This document shows positions 1 through 13,649 of a stretch of 64,000 nucleotides of DNA, one piece after another. The notes beneath the pieces were generated by a model that was not told the DNA's origin, ran no database searches, and was given only the letters and a program-made list of their open reading frames with translations. The DNA comes from Chiloscyllium plagiosum (lineage: Eukaryota), in NCBI RefSeq assembly GCF_004010195.1, contig NC_057719.1:31732883-31796882 (forward strand), in the 5' to 3' direction. Within the stretch, counting starts at the first letter, position 1. Each line of letters begins with the position of its first letter. A program made the translations under genes and the position numbers.

Positions 1-3000
1 CCACTTGTCTATTTACCCTATCCATGCCCTCATGATTTTATAAACCTCTTAAAGGTCACCCCTCAGGCTCCGCCGCTTGAGGGAAAACAGCCTCAGCCTA
101 TTCAGTCTTTCCCCATATCTTAAATCCTCCAACCCTGGCAACATTGTTGTAAATCTTTTCTGACTGACAGGAAGGAGACCAGAATTGCACGCAATATCCC
201 AAAAGTGGTCTAACCAATGTCCTGTACAGCCACAACATGACCTCCCACCTCCTATTTTCAATGTTCTGGTCAATAAAGGAAAGCATACCAAATGCCTTCA
301 TTATCCTATCTACCTGCGACTCTACTTTCAAGGAACTATGAACCTGCACTCTTTGTTCAGCAACACTCCCTTGGACCTTACCATTAAGTGAATAAGTCCT
401 GCTCTGGATTGCTTTTCCAAAAACCCATCACCTCACATTTATCTAAATTCAACTCCATCTGCCACTCCTCAGCCCATTGACCCATCTGATCAAGATCCCG
501 TTGTACTCTGAGGTAACCTTCTTTGCTGTCTGCTACACCTCCAATTTTGGTGTCATCTGTAAACTTACTAACTATACCTCCTATATTCACATCCAAATCA
601 TTTATATAAGTGATAAAAAGCAGTGGACCCAGCACTGGTACACCACTGGTCAGAGGCCTCTGGTCTGAAAAGAAACCCTCCACCACCACCCTCTGTCTTC
701 TACCTTCAAACCAGTTCTGTATCCAAATGGCTAGTTCTCCCTGTAATCCATGAGATCTAACCTTGCTAACCAGTCTCCCATGGGACACCTTGTCGAACGC
801 CTTACTGAAGTCCATTTATGTCACATCTACCACTCTGCCCTCATCAATCCTCTTTGCTACTTCTTCAAAAAAACTCAATCAAGTTTGTCAGATATGATTG
901 CCCACGCACAAAGCCATGCTGACTATCCCTAATCAGTCCTTGCCTTTCCAAATACTGTCCTTCAGGATTCTCTCCAGCAACCTGCCCATCACTGACGTCA
1001 GGCTCACTGGTCCATAGTTCCCTGGCTTTTCCTTACCACCTTTCTTAAATAGTGGCACCACGTTAGCCAACCTCCAGTCTTCCAGCACCTCACCTGTGAG
1101 ATACAAAATATCTTAGCAAGGGGCCTAGCAATCACTTGCCCAGCTTACCACAGAGATTAGGGCACACCTGATCAAGTCCTGGTGAATTATCCACTTTTAT
1201 GCATTTCAAGACCTCCTCCTCTGTAATATGACTATTTTTCAAGATGTCACCATCTATTTCTATATCTTCCATGTCCTTCTCCACAGTAAACACTAATTAA
1301 AAATACTCATTTAGTATCTCCCCCATTTCCTGCGGCTCCACATGTGGGCTGCTTTGCTGATCTTTGAGGAGCCCTATTCTCTCCCTAGTTACACTTTTGT
1401 CCTTAATGTATTTATAGAGTCCCTTTGGATTCTCCTTAACCCTGTTTGCCAAAGCAATCTCAGTCCCTTTTTTGCCCTCCTGATTTCACCCTTAAGTAAA
1501 TTCCTTCTGCCTTAATACTCTTCTAAGGATTCATTCGATCTCTCCTGTTTACAACTTCCTTCTTATTCTTAACCAAAACCTCAATTTCTCTAGTCATTCA
1601 GCATTCCCTACACCTTCCAGCCTCTCCTTGCATCCTAACAGGAATATACTGTCCCTGGACTCACGTTATCTCATTTTTGAAGCCTTCTCATTTTCCAGCT
1701 GTCCCTTTACCTGTGAAAATCTGTCCCAATCAGCTTTTGAAATTTCTTGCCTAACATTGTCAAAATTGGCCTTCCTCCAATTTAGAACTTCAACTTTTAG
1801 ATCTGGTCTACCCTTTTCCATCACTATTTTAAAACTAATAGAATTATGGTTGTTGGCCCCAAAGTGCTCCCCCACTGATACCTCAATTACCTGCCCTGCC
1901 TTATTTCCCAAAAATAGGTCAAGTTTTGTACCTTCTCTAGTAGGTACATCCACATACTGATCAGAAAATTGTCTTGTACACACTTAACAAATTCCTCTTC
2001 ATCTAAATTCTTAGTATTATGGCAGTCCCAGTCTATGTTTGGAAAGTTAAAATCCCCTACCATTACCACCCTATTATTCTTAACCGAAATCTCCTTAGAA
2101 AGTTGTTTCTCAATTTCCTGCTGCCTATTAGGGGGTCCATAATACAATTTTAATAAGGTGATCATCCCTTCTTTATTTCTCAGTTCCAACTAAATAACTT
2201 TCCTGGATGTATTCTCAGGAATATCCTCCCTAAGTACAGCATTATCAAAAACTCCACTCCCCCTCCTCTTTTGCTCCCCTTTTTATCCTTCCTGTAGCAT
2301 TTGTATCCTGGAACATTAAGCTGCCAGTCCTGTCCATCCCTGAGCCATGTTTCTGTAATTGCAATGATATCCCAGTCCCATGTTCCTAACCTTGACCTGA
2401 ATTCATCCGCCTTCCCTATTAGGCTTCTTGCATTGAAATAAATGCAGTTTAATTTATCAGTCCTACCTTGTTCTCTGCTTTGTTCCTTCCTGACCTGACT
2501 GTTCGACTCGCTCCTTTTCCCAACTGCACCATCTCATATTGATCTCTTTCCTCACTATTTTTCTGGGATCTATCTCCCCACCTTACTGGTTTAAATCTTC
2601 CCGAACAGCTCTAGCAAGTCTCCCTGCCAGTATATTAGTCCCCTTCCAATTCAGGTGCAATCCATCCTTCTTGTATAGGTCACTTCTACCCCAGAAGAGA
2701 TTCCAGTGATCAAAAAATGTGAACACTTATCCCCTCCCCTAGCTCCTCAGCTACACATTCATCTGCTCTATCCTCCTATTCCTACCCTCACTGGCTCAAA
2801 GCACCGGGAATAATCCATATATTACTACTCTCGAGGCTCTCCTTTTTAAATTGCTGCCTAACTTTCTATATTCTCCCTTCAGAATCTAATCCTTTTCCCT
2901 TCCTATGTTGTTAGTTCCAATGTGTACAATGGCCTCCTACTCGTCCCTCTCCCATTTGAGAACATTCTGCACCCTTTCTGAGACATCCTTGATCTTGGCA

Positions 3001-3868
3001 CCAGGGACGCAATACACCATGCTGATTTTCACTGCTGGCCGCAGAAACATCTGTCTTTGCATCTGACTAGACAGTCCCCTAGCACAATCAATCGCATGGA
3101 ACCCCATGTACCTCTCATTACATTAGAGCCATTCTCAGTACCAGAAACTTGGCTGCTCATGCTACATTCCCTTGCAAGTCCATCATCCACTATGTTTTCC
3201 AAAACAGCATCCTTGTTTGAGGTGGTGATAGCCACAGGAGACTCCTGCACTACCTGCATACCCCTCCTATCTTTCCTAGAATTAACCTGTCTACCTGACT
3301 ATATCTCCAGCTTTTGCCTCTTCCTGTAACTGCCATCCATCACACCTCTTTGCTCTTGTAAATTCCTTATTGCCTCTAGCTGCCGTTCCAACCGATCCAT
3401 GCGATATGATTGGATTTGCAACTAAAGACACTTTCTGCAGACATAAGGATCAGTAACATTGAAACTCTCCCTAAACTCCCATATCTGACAGGAAGAGCTC
3501 TACTAAAGGCCACCTTTGCTCCTTCACAATATGCAGACCCAGAAAATAGCACCATTGTTTTGCTCTAAAAAGCAGTACTCCAGGCTAACTTAACACTTAT
3601 GGTTTATATTTTTCAAATTTAATCAAGAGACAGATCTCAATAAAGGATTTAATCAAGGAAGAACCCACTCTACTCACTACTGAAGACTTACAGCAAGGTT
3701 ACACTTAAAAAACTATACACTTATCTGTTCATGTGCTGTGAGCTCTCCACATATGTTCCTCTAAGGTTACCTGTGAATTTCACTGTTAGTTTTTCCTAGA
3801 TGTACTCTGATGTCCAGAGATGCATGAATTCAAACAGCAAAGATAGTAACTGTGCAGATTCACTGTTA

Positions 3869-3903
<35 letters not shown>

Positions 3904-4160
3904 CCCCCCTCACTGGTTTCTTTCTCTTTCCCTCACTGACCACATAGTCGCTCCCTTTGTCTGTCTTCCTCTTTTTAAAAGTGCCATTGTTTTGATTTGT
4001 TTTCCCCAAAGTACCAAAACAACGCAACAATATATAAACCAGTAATTGCTGCTCCTGGAATTTGAGGACATCACTTCCAACACCTAAAATACCTTAAAAA
4101 AGGAACAACTCTTACATCTACACTTTTTTCCCGTCCTCTGTCTTGGAATACCCAGAATCC
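1..4160 (-). mobile_element. CR1 LINE, degenerate, 5' UTR + ORF1 + ORF2, 3' end runs off the window
   Basis: Minus-strand ORF pieces: RT (MDFSKAFDKVSH, GPLLFITYINDLD, KFTDDTKIGG at 384-815), APE endonuclease (VMVGDFNFPNIDW, LDLFLGN at 1666-2189), ORF1 esterase-like (LIVLGDCLVR at 3029-3259). Many stops and frameshifts. Same family as 56007-59273. Confidence 0.95.
3870..3905. repeat. (CT)n microsatellite within the CR1 5' UTR
   Basis: ttctctctctctctctctctctctttctctctc run. Confidence 0.9.
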
Positions 4161-4594
4161 TTTTTGTTTTGTTGTCCATCAGAAAAATATTATATTAAAT
4201 GCTGGAAGTTTTAGCCCTTTCTCTGTTTTGCACTTTATTCTCTGTCCTCAATGCTTTTCCGGCTACCATGGAAGGAGTGCATGCCTACATGCAATCAAAT
4301 GGGAAACTCCTCAAAATACAAACACTGAAAGCTAAGAGAAAGGTGCAGGATGCCTGGATCAGAGAATTTCCCTTCTGCTGATATTCTTGCATGAGTGCTG
4401 AAAAAGAGACTAACTCCAAAGACTCCTGGATTGAATCTAGCAAGCCTGTATCATGTACTCATGATCATGGTAAAGAAAACTGGACAGAGTGGAAGTGGTA
4501 CTTCACAGTCGTTAGCCATTTGTATTTGGTGTTGCCGATGTGCTGGAGACCACATTGTGAGCATGGAATACATTGAACTAGACTGAAAGAAGTG

Positions 4595-5155
4595 TAAGTG
4601 ATCACTTTGCAGAACACTTCTGCTCTGTCCATAAGAACGACCAACATTCCAGATGCTTGCCATTTCAATCCATCACCTTGCCCTTGTGCCAACATTTTGG
4701 TCCTATGACAGCTGCAGCACTCCAGCAAAGCCCAATGCAACCTGGAGGAACACATTTTCCACTAAGTCTTTAGGATTCAACTATGAGTTAAACAACTTCA
4801 CACATGGTATTGTCCTCCATTTTAATTACAACCCCTCTTCCCTCAGTGTCTTCTTTGCATGGTTTTGCTGTCAGAGCTGACCTACTTTCTTCTAACATCC
4901 ATCATTAACACCTATTCTGCATCTCTCTCTCTCTCTATTTCTCCCTCTCTCCCTCCTCTATTACAACTCGCACTCTCTTCGGTTTCCACTCTGTTCACCC
5001 CAACAGCCAAATAATCATCACTTTCCAGCCCCATCTAGATCTGAAGACGTTATATTGACTCTTTCTATTGGTGCTGATTTGTAGACCTGCTGTGTTCCTT
5101 CAGGAATTTCTATTTTTAGTTCTGCACTCCAGCATTCGCAGTTATTTCCTTTTAT
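4595..5155 (+). mobile_element. Degenerate Penelope-like element 3' part (GIY-YIG C-terminus + pLTR)
   Basis: SDHFAEHFCSVHKND and ACHFN..LEEH-like translation; 3' end resembles the other pLTRs in the window (gacctgctgtg...ctccagcattcgcagt). Confidence 0.6.
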
Positions 5156-5342
5156 TTGAGTGAAGTCATGAGACATTGTGTGGTCAGACCCAACAACACA
5201 CCACTGGAAGCAGTCAGTAAGTTCTGGTACCTGAAAGCTACAGTGATAGACAACTTGTTTCTTGACGAAGAGCTCAGTATGCATGTTGGAAAGGCAGTAA
5301 TCAACCTTGAACAACTAACAAAACGGGCATTCTGAAATAACA

Positions 5343-5541
5343 GAATTAGAGAGCTGCTGGAAAAGCACAGTAGGTCAGGCAGCATCTGAGAAACCGGAAA
5401 ATCGGCATTTCAAGCAAGAGCCCTTCATCAAATTCCTGATTTTTGTGTTCCTCGGATGCTGCCTGACTTGTTGTGCTTTTCCAACAGCACTCTAATCTTG
5501 ACCCTAATCTCCAGCATCTGCAGTACCTAACTCTGCCTATG
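5343..5541. mobile_element. Fold-back PLE pLTR insert, family A
   Basis: Inverted arms (gctggaaaagcacagtaggtcaggcagcatc / gatgctgcctgacttgttgtgcttttccaac); 11-bp TSD ctgaaataaca at 5332-5342 and 5542-5552. Confidence 0.85.
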
Positions 5542-5754
5542 CTGAAATAACAAACTGACCCATAGGATGAACACATACATACAAAACTTTTGTCTTTAAA
5601 CATGGCTTGACTATGTGTATCTAACAAGAGAAAGGCTCAATAACTTACATCTTCAAAAATACATCAGATTCTGTGCATCACAGAAAGACAAAATCACCAA
5701 TGAAGCAAACTCTTCTAGCACTTACCAAGCATGCTAGTATTAATTAAAAATAGA

Positions 5755-6367
5755 AATGTAGAAGATAGGTGCAGGAGTAGGCCATTTGGCCATTTTGGCC
5801 AATCTCAGTATCCCATTCACAGCTTCTCCCCATACCCCTTGATATTTTTCGCCACAAGGGCGAAAAATTCATCCAGTTCCCTCATGAATATATCTAATGA
5901 ACTGATCCCAACAACTTTCTGTACGAGAGAATTCCACAGGTTTGCAACTCACTGAGTGAAGATATTTTTCCTCATCTTGGTCCTGAATGCCTTACCCTTT
6001 ATTCTTAGACTGTGACTCCTAGTTCTGGATTTCCAAACATCAGGAACATTCTTCCCGCATCCAGCCTGTCCAGTCCAATCAGGATTTTGTATGTTTCTAT
6101 GAGATCCTTCATTATTCTTCTAAATTCCAGCAAATACAAGCCCAGTCAACCCAGTCTTTCATCATATGTCAGTGCTGTCATCCTGGGAATCAATCTGGTA
6201 AACCTTTGCTGGACTCCCTCAATAGCAAGAATGTCCTTCCTCAGACTAGGAGACCAAAGCTGCACACAATGCTCAAGGTGTGGCCTCACCAAGGCCCTGT
6301 ATAACTGCAGCAAGACTTGCACTCCGCGAAGGACAAGCAAGTCCTAAGCCTTCTTCACCACCAAATC
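5755..6367 (-). mobile_element. CR1 LINE 3' fragment
   Basis: LLQLYRALVRPHLEHCVQLWSP..IEGVQQRFTRLIP (6146-6340); flanking aaaataga repeats at 5747-5754 and 6708-6715. Confidence 0.85.
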
Positions 6368-6700
6368 TAACCACCCAATGCCTGGAGGAGGAATGCCTCA
6401 TATTGTGACCCCTCAACCACATAGCATCAATGTTGACTTCACCAGTTTCCTTATCTCCCTTCCCCCCACCTCATCCCAGATCCAACCCTCCAACTGGACA
6501 CCATCCTCTTGAACTGTCATATCTGTCCATCTTTCTTCNNNNNNNCCCAACCTCACCCCTCCTATTTATCACTCAGACACCCCAACCCCACTCCAATGGG
6601 CGTATGCCCGAAATGTCGGATCTCCTGCTCCTTGGATGCTGCCTGACCTGCTGTGCTTTTCCAGCACCACGTTTTTCCACTCTGGTCCTCACTCTGATAC
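6368..6700 (+). mobile_element. PLE 3' end/pLTR, family A-like
   Basis: LEEE.LI..QPHSINVDFTSF-like C-terminus, then gcccgaaatgtc...gatgctgcctgacctgctgtgcttttccagcacc; ccaaatc repeated at 6361-6367 and 6701-6707. Confidence 0.75.
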
Positions 6701-6952
6701 CCAAATCAAAATAGACATTTTTGGTATGGGCATCTACCCAAGATGAAAGTTAGTTACATCCCCAGGGCTATGTCTTAAAGGGAGGAAGCTCATGCCAAGA
6801 AACTAAGGAAGCACCCAAAAGTTCCAATTCAGTGATGTTGTTAAAAGAGACATGAATACCCCAACATCCAACACAACAAGTGGGGAACTCTTGCTGATGA
6901 CTGTGAGTTGGTGTTGTCTACTGTGGGTAAGGATCCGCCACCTTGACAACAT

Positions 6953-8215
6953 ACATGTTTCAAAGCAAATGGACTTATTTGTGTTAGCCAGCATGGTTTT
7001 GTGCAAGGGAGGTCGTGCCTCACTAACTTGATTGGGTTTTATGTGGAGGTTTATGAAGATGATTAATGAGGGAAAGTGGTTGATGTTGTCTACATGGGCT
7101 TCAGTAAAGTTCTTTGACAAGGTTCCCCATCGCAAACTGGCACAAAAGGTGAGGTCACATGGTTTCGGGTGAGCTGGCAAGATGGACACGGATCTGTCTT
7201 AGTCACGGGAGACAGAGGGTAGCGGTGGAAGGATGCTTTTCGGAATGGAGGGCTGTGACTAGTGATATTCCGCAGGGATCAGTGCTGGAACATTTGCTAT
7301 TCTTGTTTACATAAATGATTTGGAGGAAATGTAACTGATCTAAATAGTACATTTGTGGATGATAGTGAGGAGGATTGTCAGGGGATATAGCAGGATATAG
7401 ATCAGTTGGAGGCATGGGTAGAAAAATGGCAGATGGAGTTTAATCTGAACAAATGTGAGGTTATGCATTTTGGAAGGCCAAGTACAGGTGGAAATTATAC
7501 AGTGAATGCTAGAACCCTTAAGAGTATTGCTATGCAGAGGGATCTGGGTATGCAGCCCCTCAGATCACTGAAGGTGGCAGGGCAGGTAGATAAGGTAGTA
7601 AAAAAAGGCCGATGGCATGCTTGCTTTCATAGGAAGGGGCATTGAGTATAAGCATGGGCAAGTTATGCTGTAGCTTTATAGAACTTTAGTTAGGCCACAC
7701 TTCGAATATTGCCTATAGTTCTGGTCACCACACTACCAGAATGATGTGGATGCTTTGGAAAGGGTACAGAAAAGGTTTATCAGGATGTTGCCTGGTATGG
7801 AGGATGTTAGCTATGAAGAATCATTGGATAGACTGGTTTTTTTTCACTGGAATGCAGGAGATTGAAGGGCGACCTGATAGAAGTGTATAAGGCTGTGAAT
7901 GGCTTGGATAGGGTGGAAAGTATGGGGCATTTTCCCAGTGTGGAGGGATCAATTACTAGGGGACACAGGAAAAAGTGTGAGGGGCAGTTTTTTGCACAAA
8001 AGGTAGTGAAAGCCTGGAATGCACTGCCAGAGGAGGTGGTGGAAACAGACCCAAAAGCAGCATTTCGGAAGCACTTGGACATATACATGTACAGGAAGGG
8101 AATAGAGGGATACAGATACTGTAAGTGAAGACAGTTTTAGCATGGAAAGGCAAAATGTGGCAGTGCAAGCTTGGGGGGTCCGAACGTCCCGCTCCTGTGC
8201 TGTATTGTTCTTTAG
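6953..8215 (+). mobile_element. CR1 LINE, 5'-truncated (RT + 3' UTR)
   Basis: WVEKWQMEFNLNKCEVMHFG, GDLIEVYK, VVKAWNALPEEVVE motifs, frameshifted. Confidence 0.92.
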
Positions 8216-8691
8216 TCTTTGAGGCAAAATTTAACGTTAGTGACAGGTCTCTCACTTGTTAACTGAAGAGCCAGTGGGAACCTTGCACAGTCTCTCTAGG
8301 TGAAGTCCTGCCAAAATTAACTGCTCACCATGTATTTAGCTGGTAAATGGTGGGCCTACTATGGGAATTCAGGACCCCAGAAAAACCTGGTCCAAAAAGC
8401 TGAAGCTAATCAGAAGCTACCAGTTCTTCAATTCCTGTTGGCACCAAGGGAAGAAATGATTGCTGTTGGTAACTCACCCCCAGAATCACTGGATCACTGA
8501 GAGTCCAGGCCACAATTAAGTGGGGCAGGTTGGGGGGGACAGGAAGGGGTTGCTTGATGTGAGTTGGAAGGGTCAGGAAAAAAGCAGCGGGTGACAGTTA
8601 GCAAGAATCCCGTTCTGATGTCTTGCTATTTGATCGAATGTCAAATACTTTTGCACCCCCTTGCACTTCCAGAAACAAATTCAAGAGGATT

Positions 8692-8795
8692 AAACAAAAA
8701 CAGAAATTACTGGAAAATCTCAGCAGGTCAGGCAGCATCTGTGGAGAGAAATCAAAGTTAACGTTTTGAGTCTGCTGACCCTTCCTCAGAACTCC
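8692..8795 (-). mobile_element. PLE pLTR end with degenerate hammerhead
   Basis: Minus strand agtt-CTGAGGA-agggtc agca gactc-AAAACGTT-aact (G12 lost), followed by gatgctgcctgacctgctgag. Confidence 0.65.
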
Positions 8796-9816
8796 CAAGA
8801 GGATTGAATATGAGCTGCAGTGGGTGAAGCCATCTTAATCAGGCAGAGGATGGCAGGTGGAGAGTTCCCAACATCGCACCCTCCCACCCGATCCAGTACC
8901 TCCAACCTTAAAAAAACTCACAGTCAAAAAGGTCATTTAGTTCCACACGTATTTTAGAAACCCCAAAGCTGGTGTCAGCCCTGTATTTAAGGTGTCTACA
9001 GAGATAATCTCACATGACCAACACTTGTGGCAGACTTTACCCTTCTCAGCCGTCAAAAGAAGTGCAGCAGATAACTGCATCTGACCTCCCAAACGTTCTG
9101 AGGCTGCATTCCCATCAGCCCTCACTGATGGAATGCTGTCAATCACACAGATTGCTTTATTTAGAAATGTGGCTAGTTAAAAATAAATATAAATTGTATG
9201 AGTTATAGATAGAGCAAGACAAAGATTGAAGTGTGCTCTCTATGAATAAAATGTAAGGAAACGTCTTGAAAAAACAAATAAGGTTACTTATTGATGTTGA
9301 CAGATGAATTGGTTGCCAGATGAGGATTAGTAATTCATACAATGGGCAAAGAACTGGGAAGGTTTCTACATCAAAGAGAGGGAAAATAAGAACTGGTCAG
9401 AAGAGAAATACAGTTTGGATTGGAAGATGGGAATTGATTGATTGCTTTAGAAGATTTTGAGAAATAAGAGATTTATGCCAGAAGAGAAGAGAATGGAAAG
9501 AAAATGAGAAGCTGCCAAAATTAAACACAGTTTGAGTGTCTCTAAGGAGAAGACACTAACAAAGAATTGTTGTGAGGGATGCGCTCTTAAATCAGTGGAG
9601 ACAGGTCTGCAATGAGGATAAGGTAAGTTATGCAGTTTTACCTATAAAGGCTAAAGTTAATGATGTATGGGGCAGGTAGATTTTATATGAAGGAGCTCTA
9701 AGAGGCCTACTCTGGTTCAGCAAGCTGAAATAAAAAATGCAAACAAAGACAGGGGAGAATTCTTAATAAAAACAACAAATGAAGGGAAAGTGAGTATTCA
9801 TGATAAGTTCATTACT

Positions 9817-10034
9817 GAGAAAGTGAGGACTGCAGATGCTGAAGATTAGAGTCGAGGGTGTGTTGCTGGGTAAGCATAGCAGGTCAGGCAGCATCTGAGG
9901 AGGAGGAGAATCAACGTTTTGGGCACAAGCCTTTCATCAGGAATCTGATGAAGGGCTTGTGCTCGAAATGTTGATTTTCCTGCTCCTTGGGATGCTGCCT
10001 GACCTGCTGTGCTTTCCAGCAACACACTCTCGAC
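9817..10034. mobile_element. Fold-back PLE pLTR insert, family A
   Basis: Long inverted arms; 13-bp TSD taagttcattact at 9804-9816 and 10035-10047; hammerhead-like cores on both strands (plus 9945-9974). Confidence 0.9.
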
Positions 10035-11199
10035 TAAGTTCATTACTTGAAGGAGTTAGAAAATAAACATTCATTCAGCTATTCTGATCATTGTTTAAAC
10101 AAGTTAGAGCAAAGGCAAGTCTTTTTAAAATGATCCACTGACCTGGTGATTTTTCCAACAGTGATTCCAGGTCTGGCCTGTCCCAAATGTGTTGAGGCAG
10201 CAGCTCTGCAGCCAAGATGAGGGAATTGTCAATTCTGGCAGGGAGGGCTAGGTGAGTTTGGTTAGGTTGGAATGGTGGAGGAGGAGAGATGGTAGGGCTG
10301 TGCCAGTTCTGGCAAGGTCGGATCAGGCCAGACCGAGGCTAAAATGTCATTTCTGGTAGAGTTGGGATGGAGGAAGGGTGGGGTTCAGGTCCAGCAGGAT
10401 CAGGTGGGTTCAGGGAGGGATTGAGGTTTGAATCTGGCAAGGTTGGTTTGAGTTGGGGCAGGTGGGTGGGTAATCTGTCTGGTTAAGGGGGCATGGTTGG
10501 TCAAGGGACGTCAAGAGTCAGCAGGATGTAGCTCGCAGGTGGTCAATGGTGAGTTGGGGCTCAATTTCATAGTTGCCCAAGAACTAGAGTAATATTTTTC
10601 ACCCTCTAACATTTTCTGGGCAACAATCAAGCTTAAATGAGTCTGAACCATATGAATTCTATGACTTTAAACGTCTTTTTTGGAGGATTCTAGATGCATT
10701 AGAATTGCCCATTGGAGATTTTAATTTCCTTGACAATTCCAAAGAATCAGCCACAATGGAAATATTGCACCCCAATGTGCAACTGCAGTTCAAGCTGTTC
10801 CAATGACTATCAGGCCATTGGAATAGGTACACCATTAGTCAGTGATACGTTCAATTGTCAAAACTGATAAACTAAACTTTTTCTTGGAATTATCTGCAGC
10901 AAGATAGTAAATAGCCTCCAAAATGTTAGAGTTGGGTCATGCCTGCATTTTACAGGAAAATTTGAGGGTTTTTTCCAATAAAACAGGAAAAATAAATATG
11001 TGAAGGAGCATCTAAGAACAAATGGAAGAATTAAGTTGATGGTGATTGGAGTTAATTTAGTTAAAAGTCAAAGTCGTAAAATAATAGAATGAAAATGATT
11101 GATATTTGTATTTTGGTAAGAATCTGTAATATGGAGCTGGGAATCTGGCAAAAAAGCTCAGAGATGAAATTTAAGAAATACTTTTTACAATAAAGTTTT

Positions 11200-11486
11200 A
11201 GACTAGATTCCGTACAGTGTGGAAACAGGCCCTTTGGCCCAACCAGTCCACACTGATCCTCCAAAGAGTAAGCCACCCAGACCCATCTCCCTCTGACTAA
11301 CGCACCTATCACTATGGGTGATTTTAGCATGGCCAATTCACCTGACCTGCACATCTTTAGACTGTGGGAGGAAACCTACACAGACACAGGGAGAATGTGC
11401 AAACTCCACACAGGCAGTCACCTGAGGCTGGAATCAAACCTAGGACCCTGGTGCTGTGAGACAGCAGTGCTGACCACTGAGCCACC
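11200..11486 (-). mobile_element. HE1-type V-SINE
   Basis: Reverse strand has a tRNA-like head (ggtggctcagtggtcagcactgctgtctcacagc), core tgtgtggagtttgcacattctccc and a CR1-like tail. Confidence 0.85.
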
Positions 11487-12670
11487 TGAAAAGTTTATTT
11501 GTAAAGTTTATTTGTAAAGTTTATTAACCTGTGTAATTGATACTGATCTGACAGAAATATCCAAAAATGAAATGGAGAGGTCCATGATTTATTGGTGAGT
11601 GAAGAGATTAGTTTTGTAATAGAGAAAGGTGACAATAGCATATGTAGACCTTGAAAGATTTCCTAAGTGATGATGCTATCTTGATTCACTCAGCAGAAGG
11701 CATGAAAGGTGCTTAGAAAATCTTGTCACTCAGTGCTAATCTGGTAGAATTTCACACAATTGCTGTTCTTCCAACTAACAGAAATAACACTTCTATTGAG
11801 GACTGTTTCATCTAATTACTATTGATCCCAGAGTCTGATATAACCAAAGATGACAATCTGCATGGCTTCTTTTGTTCATGAAGTACAACTTTCTCAAATG
11901 ATTGATATTGCCTTGGGCAAATGTTTGAAATATAAACTAAGTCTGGAGTTGTGTGATAAGATTACTGATACTTAAGATTTACAAAGCCTCTTGTTGTCAA
12001 AGACATAGTTAAAGGATTTTGTTCATTATCATAAAAGCTAAGTGTTTTTTCTTTGACTAAAATTTAATCAAGCGTGTCTGAATCCCAATGAATTGGTGTC
12101 TGTGGTGTTTCTCATGTGATGTTGATCTGCCAATTACTGACTGTATTTGTTTCTAAGTTACCGGTATGCAAATTAATTTAGTGGAAGTATGAGCTTTTAA
12201 TATATTTATTTGTCTTTTAAATATTTAATGACTGTGGTTGTAATTTGTACTATTATCTACATTTAAAAATCATATCCAGAAGGCGGCAAGGATGGTTGAT
12301 ATGGGAAATGAAATAAGTCTCATTGATGAAATATAGTGTAATTGTCTAGCGTTAGGTAAGAGGCATTTTGATGAGGGAGAGTAGAGGAAGCTTTAATCTG
12401 CATCTAGCTAATTATGCATTATCTACAGCTGCTTCCTCCTGTCACAGATTGCATGCTATAGTAAACAGTTACTTCCCGGCAGTAACATTCCTTACCTTGA
12501 TGAATATTCAAAACAGAATATGCTGTAAATTTACACCAGATCAGAAAAGAAAACGTGAACTTAGTGTTTCAGTTTGCGTTCAAAAAGGGAATCTCCATCT
12601 AAAATAATAGAAACTATGTTTTGTTTTTTTACATGACACTTGTGTACTAACAGAGTTTTAATATTATTTC

Positions 12671-13510
12671 TGTTATGACACAGCAATTACAAGCCAAACC
12701 AAATCAACCTCACTATTACTGGATTCACAATACAGAGAAATTAAAACATTCAAAATTGCCTAGCTGTTCTGAACCAGATTTCACAAATAATAGGTCTTGG
12801 ACATCAAGTTTATAATTTAAACAAAAATTAACATTTCATGTTAAAAACATAGCTTAAGCAGAAGACAGGTAAACTTCAAGACAATCTAATTATATCTATG
12901 ATCTAAGGTCAATCTCCTTTGATTATAACCCCCACTCAAACACCAGCAGACAGAGTTAAAGGCGAAATTAAAGAAAGAAAAAGGTACTATAATTTGCCTG
13001 TGCAATAACCATTTAATGATGAATACCAGGCCATCGTGCAATCCTTACATGGTGGAATGAATTACAGGCATGCAAGACTGTGATTCTTACTTGATTTCTA
13101 AACAAACCAGTCAATGCAAACAGCATCTCCAGACCTCTGGAGACTTATCACTGAGATTCTTTTCTCAGAACTTTCAACAAGTCAATGACTGGAGAGTAAC
13201 TAGAGAGACATATCTGAAAACCCAGTCCAGTCTAGAAGCTTCTAAAGCAAAACAAAAACAAAACTGCCTCCTGCCTGAAACCCAGTCAGAGATAATCCCC
13301 TCTTTGGCTTGTTTGTCTTTTTCTACACTCTCTGTGGGTGGCTGGCCAAAATCCCTTGATTGACCATTTCAACATTCAACCAGCGGCCAGTCCCTGAGCA
13401 TAATACCTCGGTGTCAAATTGTCTATGGTGTTCTTGGAGCAGTAATTAACTTGGATCATCTTTCCAGGTCAGTCTTAACAGCAAAAATCTTTTGTCTCTC
13501 CTTTTTAAAG
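12671..13510. mobile_element. Possible solo LTR (old)
   Basis: Starts tgttatgaca like the LTR at 44746 (tgttacgaca); 3' end and TSD not resolved. Confidence 0.3.
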
Positions 13511-13649
13511 TGAACTCTTCAAGACCACGGTCAGGATAGCGGAGGTGAACTTGCATGGCAGGTAGTATGAATGACACTTTACAGTAAGATATTCTAGGTA
13601 TGGGGGTGTTTGCCAGGTTCACCACGTCTGAGGGCTTGGCTCATAGCTG

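Larger units (their letters stand above)
4270..6935 (+). mobile_element. Old RTE-clade LINE fragment (RT C-terminal half) split by several younger insertions
   Basis: Collinear pieces resemble RTE ORF motifs: GKLLKIQTLKAKRKVQDAWIRE (about 4300), LEAVSKFWYLKATVIDNLFLDEELSMHVGKA (about 5205-5300), KDKITNE (about 5685), FSDVVKRDM (about 6830). Confidence 0.7.

Noticed and set aside
9817..10034. miRNA precursor or DNA-transposon MITE reading of the palindromes
   Set aside because: Asymmetric ends, variable 9-16 bp TSDs and identity to PLE pLTR ends explain them; no miRNA evidence is available.
11488..11525. Short direct repeats (aaagtttatttgt) as an array
   Set aside because: Simple slippage next to a SINE; no spacers, and no CRISPR-like structure anywhere in this eukaryotic window.
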